Shown here piece after piece: positions 47,318 to 56,536 of a DNA stretch of 64,000 nucleotides; position 1 is the stretch's first letter; each line of letters opens with the position of its first letter. This DNA comes from a virus (taxonomy: Duplodnaviria > Caudoviricetes). Location of the stretch: positions 1,687 through 65,686 of the IMG/VR virus record IMGVR_UViG_3300034062_004332, one strand, 5' to 3'. Made by a program: the position numbers and the translations under genes. The notes under the pieces are model-generated. The model did not search any database. It was not told the origin of the DNA and saw nothing but the letters and a program-made list of their open reading frames with translations.

Positions 47318-48667
47318 ATGTCGGATAGAGCTTTTCTCGAACAGATTCGTCTGACGCCCGAAGGGCAGAAACTGTTGGCTGTTATTCGGTACGCGGAGGG
47401 TACGTCAAAATATGAAGAGCCTCACAGGGTTTTTTTTGGCGGCGGCAGGATCCCAAGCCTGGATCGTCACCCTGATCGCGTTATCCGCACCCGTGGTTCT
47501 CAGCGTGGTAGTTCTGCCGCTGGGGCGTATCAATTTTTAACGCCGACTTGGAATCAGCAAGCGCAAAAGCTTGGCCTTAGAAGTTTTGGTCCGCTTGAGC
47601 AAGATGTTGCGGCTCTCGGTCTAGCTCATAATCGTTTACGTAATTTGGGCGGCTTCTCGTATCTACAACAGCGAGGTTTGACAAGAGAGGCTCTGGCTGC
47701 AATGGCTCCAGAATGGGCTTCCTTGCCGACCATGGAGGGCCGCAGTTATTACGGGCAACCTGTAAAGAGTGCGGCTGAGTTGCAGAAAGTATATCAACAG
47801 TACACATCTAAGCCTCCCGCGCAACAGCCTACGGCTAGACCTACTTCGGCTCCGCGTTCGGCACAGGCAGCTCCAGCTTCTCAGCCTCGCTCAACTCCAC
47901 CGCAGAGACCCGCGCCTGATTACTTCCAGCAAATCATACGTGAGATTCGAGGTGTGTTTGGAGCGACTGGTCAACCACGTAGTTCTGCAGCGGATAACTA
48001 CTTCGACGCTGCTATGCAAGCTGACGCCATGGGTGAGGCGGACACCGCTATGGCGTTATACACAAAAGCTCTAGAAGCTGACGCTATTCCCGCTCCTCGG
48101 GGTGCTAATGAGTTAGATACATTGGGCAGTATTGTTCCTGGGATTATTTCGGAGTACATAACTGCTGCAATGACTCCGGCCCCGGCTCAGGCTGCTGTCG
48201 CTGAGACTCAAGCGCAGCCTGCAGCTACACAGCCAGCTATGGCTACAACTCCTGCCGGTAAAGCTTTGGCTGTGGGGAGAGTTGTTGATCCAAGTCAAGA
48301 CGTTTTCCCCTCCACGGGGGCTCATTTAGATGTGCGGGTTGTCAAAGACGGACAGTATGTAAACCCTGAGTTTGCTAGATCTGTTCTTAAAAATCTGTAT
48401 GTAGGAGGCAAGCCTCTATACACACAGCAGGGTGAGAACTGGAATGTCTCTTACCCGATTACTTCTAGGTTCGGTCCACGCAGCGCTCCAGCTCCGGGAG
48501 CTTCTACGTATCACCGAGGCATTGATTTAGGCGTCGGCGCTGGTACACCTTTGGAGTGGCGTGGTGGAGGCAGTTTTAAGCCGGAGCGAGGGTATGGCGT
48601 CATTGAAACAACAGATGCTCAAGGAAGACCATATACAATTAAATTGCTTCATACCACATCGAGTTGA
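47318..48667 (+). CDS. Virion muramidase (lambda R/GH104-like) with M23-like C-terminal segment
   Basis: IRYAEGT, SSAAGAYQFL..TW, EWASLP; ITSRFGPR..HRGID. Confidence 0.85.
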   Translation: MSDRAFLEQIRLTPEGQKLLAVIRYAEGTSKYEEPHRVFFGGGRIPSLDRHPDRVIRTRGSQRGSSAAGAYQFLTPTWNQQAQKLGLRSFGPLEQDVAALGLAHNRLRNLGGFSYLQQRGLTREALAAMAPEWASLPTMEGRSYYGQPVKSAAELQKVYQQYTSKPPAQQPTARPTSAPRSAQAAPASQPRSTPPQRPAPDYFQQIIREIRGVFGATGQPRSSAADNYFDAAMQADAMGEADTAMALYTKALEADAIPAPRGANELDTLGSIVPGIISEYITAAMTPAPAQAAVAETQAQPAATQPAMATTPAGKALAVGRVVDPSQDVFPSTGAHLDVRVVKDGQYVNPEFARSVLKNLYVGGKPLYTQQGENWNVSYPITSRFGPRSAPAPGASTYHRGIDLGVGAGTPLEWRGGGSFKPERGYGVIETTDAQGRPYTIKLLHTTSS

Positions 48668-48741
48668 CGGAACTCTAGTGAACCTCTGTCTATCCATATT
48701 GTTTTTGCTAGAGTTAGTTCAGCTTCGACCGTAGGTTCGCT

Positions 48742-49293
48742 GTGGGAAATTCCCCTGAAAGAGAGTTTCAACGCGCGGCTAATAGAACAATAAACGAAAC
48801 TCTTGCAAGACAAGCTGAGCAAACTGCGAATTTAACTGAACAACAGCGTGAATTTATAGGTCCGGGGTACGGTAATTATAAAAAAGTACTAAAGAAGATA
48901 GGCGGTGCGTCTGGCACAACCTTTTCTGAATATGTCGATAGATCCCGCAGAGAATTTTTTGACACTGCCGCTCGCTTAACAGAAGAGGGACAAAGAGGTT
49001 TAGAAAGATTTCAACCAGATTTAATAACCTCTAGAAGCACTGACTTAACTTCAAAGTATCTGGCTGCTTTAGGCCAAAAGTTTGCGAATGAGATTGAAGG
49101 AGTTGCTACACGCGCTGGCAGCAGATTAGATCGTTTGCCGGGCGAGGCTCAAAAAGCCTTTAGTGCTTCTGCACAAAACCCTGCATTTGAGAACTTAGCC
49201 AATGCTCAATACATGAATTTCTCTAAGAATCCCCCAACGGTACAGACTGATATTGCGATTACTGGGAGACCTTTTATGACTTACAATGTCTGA
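48742..49293 (+). CDS. Hypothetical helical protein
   Basis: 183-aa ORF. Confidence 0.6.
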   Translation: MGNSPEREFQRAANRTINETLARQAEQTANLTEQQREFIGPGYGNYKKVLKKIGGASGTTFSEYVDRSRREFFDTAARLTEEGQRGLERFQPDLITSRSTDLTSKYLAALGQKFANEIEGVATRAGSRLDRLPGEAQKAFSASAQNPAFENLANAQYMNFSKNPPTVQTDIAITGRPFMTYNV

Positions 49294-49573
49294 TGCAATA
49301 AAAAGCTCTAGACACGAACGCAGAGTCGCTTTCCACGGGTTTGCGCCGGAGGCAAAGCACGATTACAAATTCAACAGACGCTTAGACATTCGGCTAGCAG
49401 GCCAAGTGTGGAGCGAAAGTCCAGCCGAACGGAATCGTCGTTTAGCTAAAGAGCGGATGCGGGAGCGCTCTAAAGCAAACCCAGTTTGGTTCGATCGGAC
49501 AGACGTGGCCGGCCCCGATAACGACTACCGCACTCGTGAGGTACTTACGTATAAACCCGTCCCAAATTACTGA
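49286..49573 (+). CDS. Hypothetical protein
   Basis: 95 aa, coupled; contains RLAGQVW. Confidence 0.6.
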   Translation: MSDAIKSSRHERRVAFHGFAPEAKHDYKFNRRLDIRLAGQVWSESPAERNRRLAKERMRERSKANPVWFDRTDVAGPDNDYRTREVLTYKPVPNY

Positions 49574-50159
49574 AAGTTTCTTTAAATTCATACATACGTT
49601 TTTCTGTATTATAAAACGCGGGTACGTATAATATAAACCCATGACACTTAACTGACTGCAATTTAGGGAGTCCGTTTTCTTCGCATATCAATCTAGGTCT
49701 TTCTTTTAGCACACAAATTGGCAAGTCTATGCCAAGTTTTTGTGTTGTAATTAAAGCTACTTCTGTCGACGTTAAAAATATAATGGCTTCGTCGTATTCT
49801 TGTTTATTATATTTACGTAATGCTAACTCTAGCCACACGCGTTGCGCCGACTTTTTGAATCGAGTTTTTTTAACAAAAAGTCTTGTGTCTTTCGGTTGAT
49901 CGTTGTGCTCTAGAAAATCCCTTGGAGGATATAAATAAACTGTTTTAGCTCGCCATTCTTGTGTTAGCCCGTTTTCTAAGAATGTAAAGTAACGAGCTGC
50001 GTCAACAATCGTATTAGCTAAGTCACTTGACGCTGGGTCTAAGTCTATAGATCCGTTAAAAAACGCCGTGGCGGTTCCGATTACGTCAGGAGGTGAAACG
50101 TAGTCACAGACCTTGGGCAGCTTCTTCGGCTTGTTGGTCGATTCGCTGGCTGATTTCAT
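49545..50159 (-). CDS. Phage Dam-like N6-adenine methyltransferase homolog (atypical motif IV)
   Basis: SIDLDPASS..ENGLTQEW..VYLYPPR. Confidence 0.7.
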   Translation of the reverse strand: MKSASESTNKPKKLPKVCDYVSPPDVIGTATAFFNGSIDLDPASSDLANTIVDAARYFTFLENGLTQEWRAKTVYLYPPRDFLEHNDQPKDTRLFVKKTRFKKSAQRVWLELALRKYNKQEYDEAIIFLTSTEVALITTQKLGIDLPICVLKERPRLICEENGLPKLQSVKCHGFILYVPAFYNTEKRMYEFKETFSNLGRVYT

Positions 50160-50523
50160 CTAAATCCAACAAATGAATGCTCATGCCATCGCTATCTACC
50201 ATTACGACTACTGGTGTTGTGTTGTCTGAGTTTTTTTCAATAACATTGAGTGTTTTTTGCAGAAACTCTTTTGTATCGGTATCCATTAACTCTTCAGCTA
50301 ATATAATGTCATTATAGATTTCTTTAGTCGTCATATACAAAGAATTTAAAGGAGACATTGTGTTAAAAAACAGTGCTCCTAATCCTGATGCAGTTCTAAA
50401 CTCGTTATACAATGTGGTCATATCACCCAAAATAACTTTGAGTGCGTTCTTTGCGATTCGATTTTGCACCTCTGACTTGCTAAACAGCTTGTTTCCAAGT
50501 GCTTTAATGTTGTCGTTGGTCAT
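50104..50523 (-). CDS. Hypothetical protein
   Basis: MTNDNIK start, coupled operon. Confidence 0.65.
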   Translation of the reverse strand: MTNDNIKALGNKLFSKSEVQNRIAKNALKVILGDMTTLYNEFRTASGLGALFFNTMSPLNSLYMTTKEIYNDIILAEELMDTDTKEFLQKTLNVIEKNSDNTTPVVVMVDSDGMSIHLLDLDEISQRIDQQAEEAAQGL

Positions 50524-50527
50524 GTTG

Positions 50528-50842
50528 TTAACCGTAGTTAGTGAAAGAATTCCAAGCATCAGCTAAAACACGATTTAAGTTAAACCTGTAGTTAGCTGTG
50601 TTTTTTTCGTCTGGCGTCAGTTTACAGTAGTGTCTACGTTCAACCAGCCCAGACGATCCGTTAGAAACAATACCTTGAAATATCAGTTTATCGATGGACG
50701 CTGAGCTGACGCCAAGCGAAGTAGCGACTGTCTTTTTGTCGACCAGGACCGTCGTGGGCGCATCCTCAGTGCCAGAAGCGAGGATCTTTAAAGACAAGTC
50801 AATGCTTTTAAGAACCTCTAGATACTCTTTGTTGATTTCCAT
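50528..50842 (-). CDS. HTH-like hypothetical protein
   Basis: VDKKTVATSLGVSSASIDKLI; ATG at 50842. Confidence 0.6.
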   Translation of the reverse strand: MEINKEYLEVLKSIDLSLKILASGTEDAPTTVLVDKKTVATSLGVSSASIDKLIFQGIVSNGSSGLVERRHYCKLTPDEKNTANYRFNLNRVLADAWNSFTNYG

Positions 50843-50850
50843 AATGTGAA

Positions 50851-50970
50851 GGGGCCGCCGATCCACCTAGTACTAGGCAGATCAGATCGCTTGCGTCGGA
50901 CAGGAAAGGACGAAAACTGTCCGAGCCCCATAGTAACCGCACTCCGGTCCTTCTTACGGAATACGGTCGC
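50851..50970 (-). ncRNA. Candidate cis-regulatory RNA with kissing loops
   Basis: Three hairpins, two with G-U pairs on the minus strand; loop GAAGGAC complementary to loop GUCCUUU; TAAAAT immediately upstream. Confidence 0.6.
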
Positions 50971-50976
50971 TTTATT

Positions 50977-51360
50977 TTAGGTCTGTTTAAGCCACGCTGC
51001 ACCTGACGCGCATTTAGCCCGCAACGTAGGTTCGTAACTAGACCTGTAGTGGGCGGGGTTTATACAGTTGCTAGTATTGCATAGTTTTTTTAATGGCTCG
51101 TTATTTACGTCTGCTTTATAAAACGCGTAATATAGGTTCTCTATTTTGATGTATTCTCCAAAAATCTTTAAGCGTGTGTAAGACGTAGGCCAACAGTCAG
51201 CTAGATCTCTGTTCTGCAAAGTCAACTGCGAAAAAAGAGCCCGTAGATCGGGCTCTAGATCGCGTACGTCTGGCTGGCGTGGTTCTAAATGAATTTGTTT
51301 GAGACACTCCTGGCAGACTTTTTCGGTTTTCTTGTGGTTTTTGTTTCGTATGCACTTCAT
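50977..51360 (-). CDS. His-Me/HNH zinc-binding-loop protein
   Basis: DCWP...CNTSNCINPAH. Confidence 0.6.
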   Translation of the reverse strand: MKCIRNKNHKKTEKVCQECLKQIHLEPRQPDVRDLEPDLRALFSQLTLQNRDLADCWPTSYTRLKIFGEYIKIENLYYAFYKADVNNEPLKKLCNTSNCINPAHYRSSYEPTLRAKCASGAAWLKQT

Positions 51361-51788
51361 AGCATCGCTTCAAGTCTCGGCACAAAATCCACAGGATCAT
51401 CAATCAACAGTTGAATAAGTGTATTCAATCGATCGTTAAGTCTTTCTTCTGACTCTTCTCGCTCATTCAGCAGCAGCCAGTATGTGTAAGCGTTTAAGAG
51501 ATACAGATGAGTTTGCCGTGCTCTCAACGCTTGCGTTTTCCACTTTTCAAAATCAAAGTTCGATTGATGGCGGCTGTTACCTGTCTTCAGTTCCAGCTCA
51601 CGAATCTGAATCTGTAACTCAATGTCCTCGATGGTGTATTTCAGCGAGGAGATTTTGGCTCTGCACTCAGACAGATTGTTTGGTTGTTCGTTGTCTGTGT
51701 AAATCCAAGCGGGCAGATTTTCGATGACATAGCGTTTGTCCCACAAGCAGGACTTCGCGTCAGCGTGGACTGTAAAAGAGTTAGTCAT
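51357..51788 (-). CDS. Coiled-coil hypothetical protein
   Basis: 143 aa, ATGA-coupled. Confidence 0.65.
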   Translation of the reverse strand: MTNSFTVHADAKSCLWDKRYVIENLPAWIYTDNEQPNNLSECRAKISSLKYTIEDIELQIQIRELELKTGNSRHQSNFDFEKWKTQALRARQTHLYLLNAYTYWLLLNEREESEERLNDRLNTLIQLLIDDPVDFVPRLEAML

Positions 51789-52117
51789 AGACCAAGTACA
51801 GTGTTAATCAGATCATTAAACGTGCCGTTAATTACGTACAGCACATGACTCTCAAAGTTAACTTTGATGATTAGTTCGAGTGCGGTAAGTTGCCGCAACG
51901 CTCTTTGGAGTCGGTCTTTAGGAATATAGTATTCTTTTTGGATCTCAGACGTTGAGAGCGGCTGATTGAAGCTTAACAACCGCAGTAACTCGTGGTGACG
52001 GCGGATTGCTGCCAGTCTTTGCGGATTAGTTGAATAGTTCTGAGGGAGATTTTCTTTTGATACTTTTTCTGTAGAAGTTCTACGATCGTTCTGGTTGTGA
52101 TTTGAAGCTTGATCCAT
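51785..52117 (-). CDS. Winged-helix protein
   Basis: QPLSTSEIQKEYYIPKDRLQRALRQLTALELI. Confidence 0.55.
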   Translation of the reverse strand: MDQASNHNQNDRRTSTEKVSKENLPQNYSTNPQRLAAIRRHHELLRLLSFNQPLSTSEIQKEYYIPKDRLQRALRQLTALELIIKVNFESHVLYVINGTFNDLINTVLGL

Positions 52118-52668
52118 TCATCAATGTCGTTTTGCATTTGAGGAGTTATCTTTTTAGCTGGGCTCTTACCGATCATCATGTGATGCGGGTTTAAGCAGGC
52201 GGAATCACCGCAAGTAGATAGTACATGATCGTCGGGCGCCAGATCAACACCGTGGTGGACCTGATAAACGCATCGACGGGGGCGCATAATCTGCCCCTCA
52301 GAAACAAAACGCTTTAAGTTTTCAGGTAGGTATAAGTGCTGCTCTTTATCTAAGGCCAGTTTGTTGCGACGAATCCACGCTTCAACGTGATGGGTGCGGC
52401 TTTTGCACTGCTTGTACTCGGTTATGCAGCAACTGCACGCCAAAATCCCGTGAACCGGACTGGCTTTCTTTAAATCGCTCAGTGCGGCGTGGATTTTGTC
52501 GGATCGACCGCAGAGACAAGTCAAGACCGCTTCGGATTCCCAGGCTTCGACCTGAAAATTGCCCCATTTATAGGTCTCAAGGGGCGGCGTGTCGGGCACC
52601 GTTATCGGTATTGGGTCCAGAACCCCGAGACAAAGGGTGAGGGGGCTGATGCCAGGGACAGACAGCAT
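51973..52668 (-). CDS. His-Me/HNH zinc-binding-loop protein
   Basis: RRCVYQVHHG...STCGDSACLNPHHM. Confidence 0.6.
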   Translation of the reverse strand: MLSVPGISPLTLCLGVLDPIPITVPDTPPLETYKWGNFQVEAWESEAVLTCLCGRSDKIHAALSDLKKASPVHGILACSCCITEYKQCKSRTHHVEAWIRRNKLALDKEQHLYLPENLKRFVSEGQIMRPRRCVYQVHHGVDLAPDDHVLSTCGDSACLNPHHMMIGKSPAKKITPQMQNDIDEWIKLQITTRTIVELLQKKYQKKISLRTIQLIRKDWQQSAVTTSYCGC

Positions 52669-53060
52669 ACAGAGACTCCAAGTGCTACCAGCATAGCAGA
52701 GTGCATACAGCGCACACAGTAGATAGCTCAGCCGGTCGGGTTCTATTTTTTTACTCTTACTTTATAAAGGGAATTCCCTTAACCAAATTTCGCCTTTTTT
52801 GGACTCTGTAGCTAAGTGCAGACTTTTGGTGCAGTTCAAACACCCTGTATTTACATAATAATATTTTAAATACGATATAGAATTGCAGTCAAGTGCAGTT
52901 TACGTTAAGTCAGGCGTGATTTAAAAAGAGTTTTGGTAGTACGTTTTGGGGTTCGCCGTGGTAGTTACGATTTCCTGATATTCGGTTATCTGGAACTGCC
53001 GTTTTTTGGCACTTGTTTCTGATTTAAGTGTATCCTTGATACATGCGTTTTAAAAAGACT

Positions 53061-53216
53061 ATGACAACTACTACTCGTACTCGGCAGGGACCCGTACAGG
53101 ACCCTGAGGCTGAATTTTGGGCCGAGTGCCGTAGACGTGCCATGAAGCTCAACGTTCCGGCATGGGCTATCGCTGAGCAATGGTACACACACGATCTGCT
53201 TGACAAGCGGTCCTGA
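53061..53216 (+). CDS. Small hypothetical protein (51 aa)
   Basis: MTTTTRTRQGPVQDPEAEFWAECRRRAMKLNVPAWAIAE... Confidence 0.5.
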   Translation: MTTTTRTRQGPVQDPEAEFWAECRRRAMKLNVPAWAIAEQWYTHDLLDKRS

Positions 53217-53249
53217 GGCTCATACGCTGCGGCAGGCTCACCCATCAAC

Positions 53250-53597
53250 ATGTCTGCCGCACAATCTAAAAATGTAAAAACTTGGGACGCTCGTAGGCAG
53301 CGTTTCGATGAAATGTTTTCTATGTGTCTTGATGGTAAAACGTTATCTGAGATTGGAGATCATTACGGTATCTCAAAACAAGCTGTAAGTGGGTTCTTAC
53401 GATGTAATGCAAACCCAAAACAGTTTGAAATAATCCAAGAGTGTTTTAATAAACGTTTGACTGGTATTTGGCGTGAAGAAGATATTGTTTTTGCGTTACA
53501 GTCTGGTCTTACATGTTCTAAAGTTGCTGAAGTTGTTGGTTGTCATGTAAGCACAGTCAAAAGGGTTTCGGCGCGACGTAAGAAAGCACAGGCATAA
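53250..53597 (+). CDS. Double-HTH DNA-binding protein
   Basis: GKTLSEIGDHYGISKQAV and GLTCSKVAEVVGCHVSTVKR. Confidence 0.75.
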   Translation: MSAAQSKNVKTWDARRQRFDEMFSMCLDGKTLSEIGDHYGISKQAVSGFLRCNANPKQFEIIQECFNKRLTGIWREEDIVFALQSGLTCSKVAEVVGCHVSTVKRVSARRKKAQA

Positions 53598-53635
53598 CTT
53601 AGTCGGCTATACTTAAACCATTAGGTCGGATCGGT

Positions 53636-54229
53636 ATGGCCGCCAGGCGTAAGTTAAATGACGCCCTTGATTACGGGCGCCAGATTCAACCCATCCACGA
53701 TTTGCAGCAGTTAACTTCTGCGGAAGTCTCTGGCGACGATATTCTTGCGGTTCTGGATGTTAGCGAAGTCGAAGCTGACGCTCAGCCTAAGAAGATAACG
53801 ATCGGTGATTTAGGCGCCGGTATTGCCTCTGTCGACTCCGTTGCTCGCGCCAGTGGTAACGCTGCTCTCGCTTCTGCGGCTACCAAGCTTCCTTTGTCTG
53901 GCGGCACCGTTTCTGGGCAGTTTACTCAAAACATAGTTTCTCTCGGTTTATACGGTAGTGGTATAAACTGTTCTTTAGGGAATTACTTTACAGCGACTCT
54001 AAGTGGTGCAACTCAGGTTGTAATATCTGGTGCTCCTTCTAGCGTAGCTTACAGTTTTACCTATGAAGTTAGGCATGATACAGGAACTATTACATGGCCT
54101 ACTGCGGTTGAATGGCCTTCTGATACCGCCCCGACACTGACGACGGGCAAGACGCATCTGTTTATCTTTGTCACTGACGACGGTGGGTCGAGGTGGCGTG
54201 GCGCGAGTTTAGTCGATTACGATACGTGA
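53636..54229 (+). CDS. Tail fibre-related protein
   Basis: C-terminal GNYFT...ITWPTAVEWPSDTAPTLTTGKTHLF..DGGSRW domain. Confidence 0.75.
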   Translation: MAARRKLNDALDYGRQIQPIHDLQQLTSAEVSGDDILAVLDVSEVEADAQPKKITIGDLGAGIASVDSVARASGNAALASAATKLPLSGGTVSGQFTQNIVSLGLYGSGINCSLGNYFTATLSGATQVVISGAPSSVAYSFTYEVRHDTGTITWPTAVEWPSDTAPTLTTGKTHLFIFVTDDGGSRWRGASLVDYDT

Positions 54230-54233
54230 TGCT

Positions 54234-54869
54234 ATGAGATCTATTTCTGATAATTTATTGCTAGCTGCTGCTGGAGGTGGGGTTACTGGCCCTCCAATTT
54301 CTTTCATAGGGGAGGCTACTGCTTTGAGGCCTACTGAAAGTGTTGCGGCTCCCGCTCATCAAGCTGGGGATTTATTGATAGTTATCAGTAGTGTTTATAT
54401 TACTAGATCTTTTCCTGATTTATCTGGTTTTTCTACTTTAATGGCTTTTGATGCTCGTACCGATGCTCTGCCGACGAACGACGGCAAGATTAAAGTTCAG
54501 TATAGGACGGCTGCTTCTACAAGCTATACTTTAGCGGCTTGGGGTCCCACTGGATATGGAGCTGATCAAGCTACTATTTTAGTTTACAGAGCACCTACAA
54601 TAGGTGCTTCAGCTTTTACTACAACAGGTGGTTCGGCTTATCCCGCTCTAACATTTAACAATGCAAATAATACTAGTTGGGGCTTACGGATTTTTGGGAG
54701 AGGATCTGCGTATGCCTTTAATACTCCTGCTCCTGGGTTTACTATGAGAAAGCAACAGTATTTTTGTGTTATTTCTGACTCTAATTCGACTTTATCTTCG
54801 CTTTCTTCTAATGCTGTTTCTGGATTTGGGACCTTTGTGAATGCTGCTAGTATAGAACTAAAAGTTTAG
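54234..54869 (+). CDS. Tail fibre/adhesin-like protein
   Basis: PAHQAGDLLIV; beta-rich, AT-rich. Confidence 0.65.
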   Translation: MRSISDNLLLAAAGGGVTGPPISFIGEATALRPTESVAAPAHQAGDLLIVISSVYITRSFPDLSGFSTLMAFDARTDALPTNDGKIKVQYRTAASTSYTLAAWGPTGYGADQATILVYRAPTIGASAFTTTGGSAYPALTFNNANNTSWGLRIFGRGSAYAFNTPAPGFTMRKQQYFCVISDSNSTLSSLSSNAVSGFGTFVNAASIELKV

Positions 54870-54873
54870 GTTT

Positions 54874-55332
54874 ATGGAGTACGCCAAACTTGCTGCTGAT
54901 GGATATGTCGAGCAGTATCCTTACACAATTTCAGAACTTAGGTCTGCTTACCCTAATGTAAGTTTTCCTACTGTAATCACACCAGATATTCTTGCTGATT
55001 TTGGTTTGGCTCCAGTCACACCGACTGATCAGCCAACCGTTGATCACACTCAGAATCTCACCCGTGGTGTTGAACAGCTTCCCGACGGCAGTTATGCCGA
55101 GACGTGGACCGCTACTGCTGCGTCTACTGAAGAGGCTGCCGAACGCACAGCAAATAAAGCTGACTCAGTTCGATTCACTAGGAACGAGACCCTGAAGAAC
55201 TCGGACTGGACTCAGCTACCAGACTCTCCTGTTGATTCTGTTGTTTGGGCTGCGTACAGACAAGATCTGCGCGACATTCCTCAGCAAGTCGGTTTCCCCT
55301 GGACTGTGACATGGCCCACTGAACCTGCCTGA
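54874..55332 (+). CDS. Tail fibre assembly chaperone
   Basis: RNETLKNSDWTQLPD...WAAYRQDLRDIPQQVGFPW..WPTEP. Confidence 0.88.
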   Translation: MEYAKLAADGYVEQYPYTISELRSAYPNVSFPTVITPDILADFGLAPVTPTDQPTVDHTQNLTRGVEQLPDGSYAETWTATAASTEEAAERTANKADSVRFTRNETLKNSDWTQLPDSPVDSVVWAAYRQDLRDIPQQVGFPWTVTWPTEPA

Positions 55333-55360
55333 TTTAGACTTTTAGGAGGTTTCAAAGCTC

Positions 55361-56221
55361 ATGAGCGACCCCGTTTACTCTCAGAGCTTTGAGGGCATCA
55401 TCACAGTTATCACCGACATTATTGGGACAGTTAGCGGCGTGGGAACAACATCATTTACTCTTTCGCCCGAAGGGTATCCGTCGAATTTCGGAGGTGTTGT
55501 TTCTGCGCTGTCGGACCTAAACAGCACGATCAGCGGGATTTCGGGCGGCGGCGGGGGCGGGTCTGCGTTAATTGCAGCCGGTTCTGGTATCTATATAACT
55601 ACCAGCGGCTCTTATGATGTCATCAACGCTACGATTACCAGTGCGTCTGGGCTTCTGTACACCGCTGGCTCTGGTTTATATCTAGTCGGTAGTTCTGAGT
55701 TTAACGTTGACTTCGATAAAGTCTTCCAGGGTTCCGTTTCTGGCCAGGTATTAGCTGCAGGAAGTAACACCGTACTGTCTAGCGGTAATTACATCACTAT
55801 AAGTGGTACGGATGTCAGTTCTATAAAAACCTACACGGCAGGCGAAACGATTGCTGTTGGGGAGTTCGTCTGTTTCGACGCTGGGTCGCTTGTTAAAGCC
55901 TCTGCTGCGAGCGGCGTGGATCCTGTTCGATATAACACGTTTGGGTGTGCGATTACGGCAGGTAACGTTACAGATACTATTCGGGTTAACTCTGACAACA
56001 TTGTTACTCTGAGTGATCCGAATATTACTGCTGAGTCGCAGTTGACTCCTGGTGAGTCCTATTACTTATCTAAGTACTTTGGCCAAGTTACTAAGTACAG
56101 TACAGCTTCTGGCGGCATAACGTTTGCTGAAGGTTACGGTGCCCTCGTTTATGTGGGCCGTGCCTTGAGTACAACTCAGCTTGAGGTTGAGATTCAGCCT
56201 AAAATCCTGCTGACGGAGTGA
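55361..56221 (+). CDS. Ser/Gly-rich structural protein (cement/fibre-like)
   Basis: AGSG repeats; AGETIAVG..LTPGESYYLS..VGRALSTT. Confidence 0.7.
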   Translation: MSDPVYSQSFEGIITVITDIIGTVSGVGTTSFTLSPEGYPSNFGGVVSALSDLNSTISGISGGGGGGSALIAAGSGIYITTSGSYDVINATITSASGLLYTAGSGLYLVGSSEFNVDFDKVFQGSVSGQVLAAGSNTVLSSGNYITISGTDVSSIKTYTAGETIAVGEFVCFDAGSLVKASAASGVDPVRYNTFGCAITAGNVTDTIRVNSDNIVTLSDPNITAESQLTPGESYYLSKYFGQVTKYSTASGGITFAEGYGALVYVGRALSTTQLEVEIQPKILLTE

Positions 56222-56224
56222 TCT

Positions 56225-56533
56225 ATGGCTTTACGTACGCCCCTCATTCTTATCAGCGGCGGGTTTTCGCAGCTTCCTTCGGGTGATGTCGTTCCTGGGT
56301 TGGATGCAGCGGCCCAGGCCAGCGGTAACGCAGCCTTGGTTGTTGCTGCTGGTGCGGCGGCTAGTGGAAATGCGGCACTGGTTGTCGCTGGGTCTGCGCT
56401 TGTTAGCGGCACCGTAGCCCAGGCAAGTGGCAACGCTGCTTTAGTTTTGGCCGCCGAAGCTTTGGCTAGTGGTAACGCTGCGTTGGCTAATGCGGGCGGT
56501 CCTTCGGTTACGGACACACTCTTGCTGCTCTGA
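56225..56533 (+). CDS. Small protein with ASGNAAL repeats
   Basis: Four ASGNAAL repeats. Confidence 0.7.
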   Translation: MALRTPLILISGGFSQLPSGDVVPGLDAAAQASGNAALVVAAGAAASGNAALVVAGSALVSGTVAQASGNAALVLAAEALASGNAALANAGGPSVTDTLLLL

Positions 56534-56536
56534 TCG

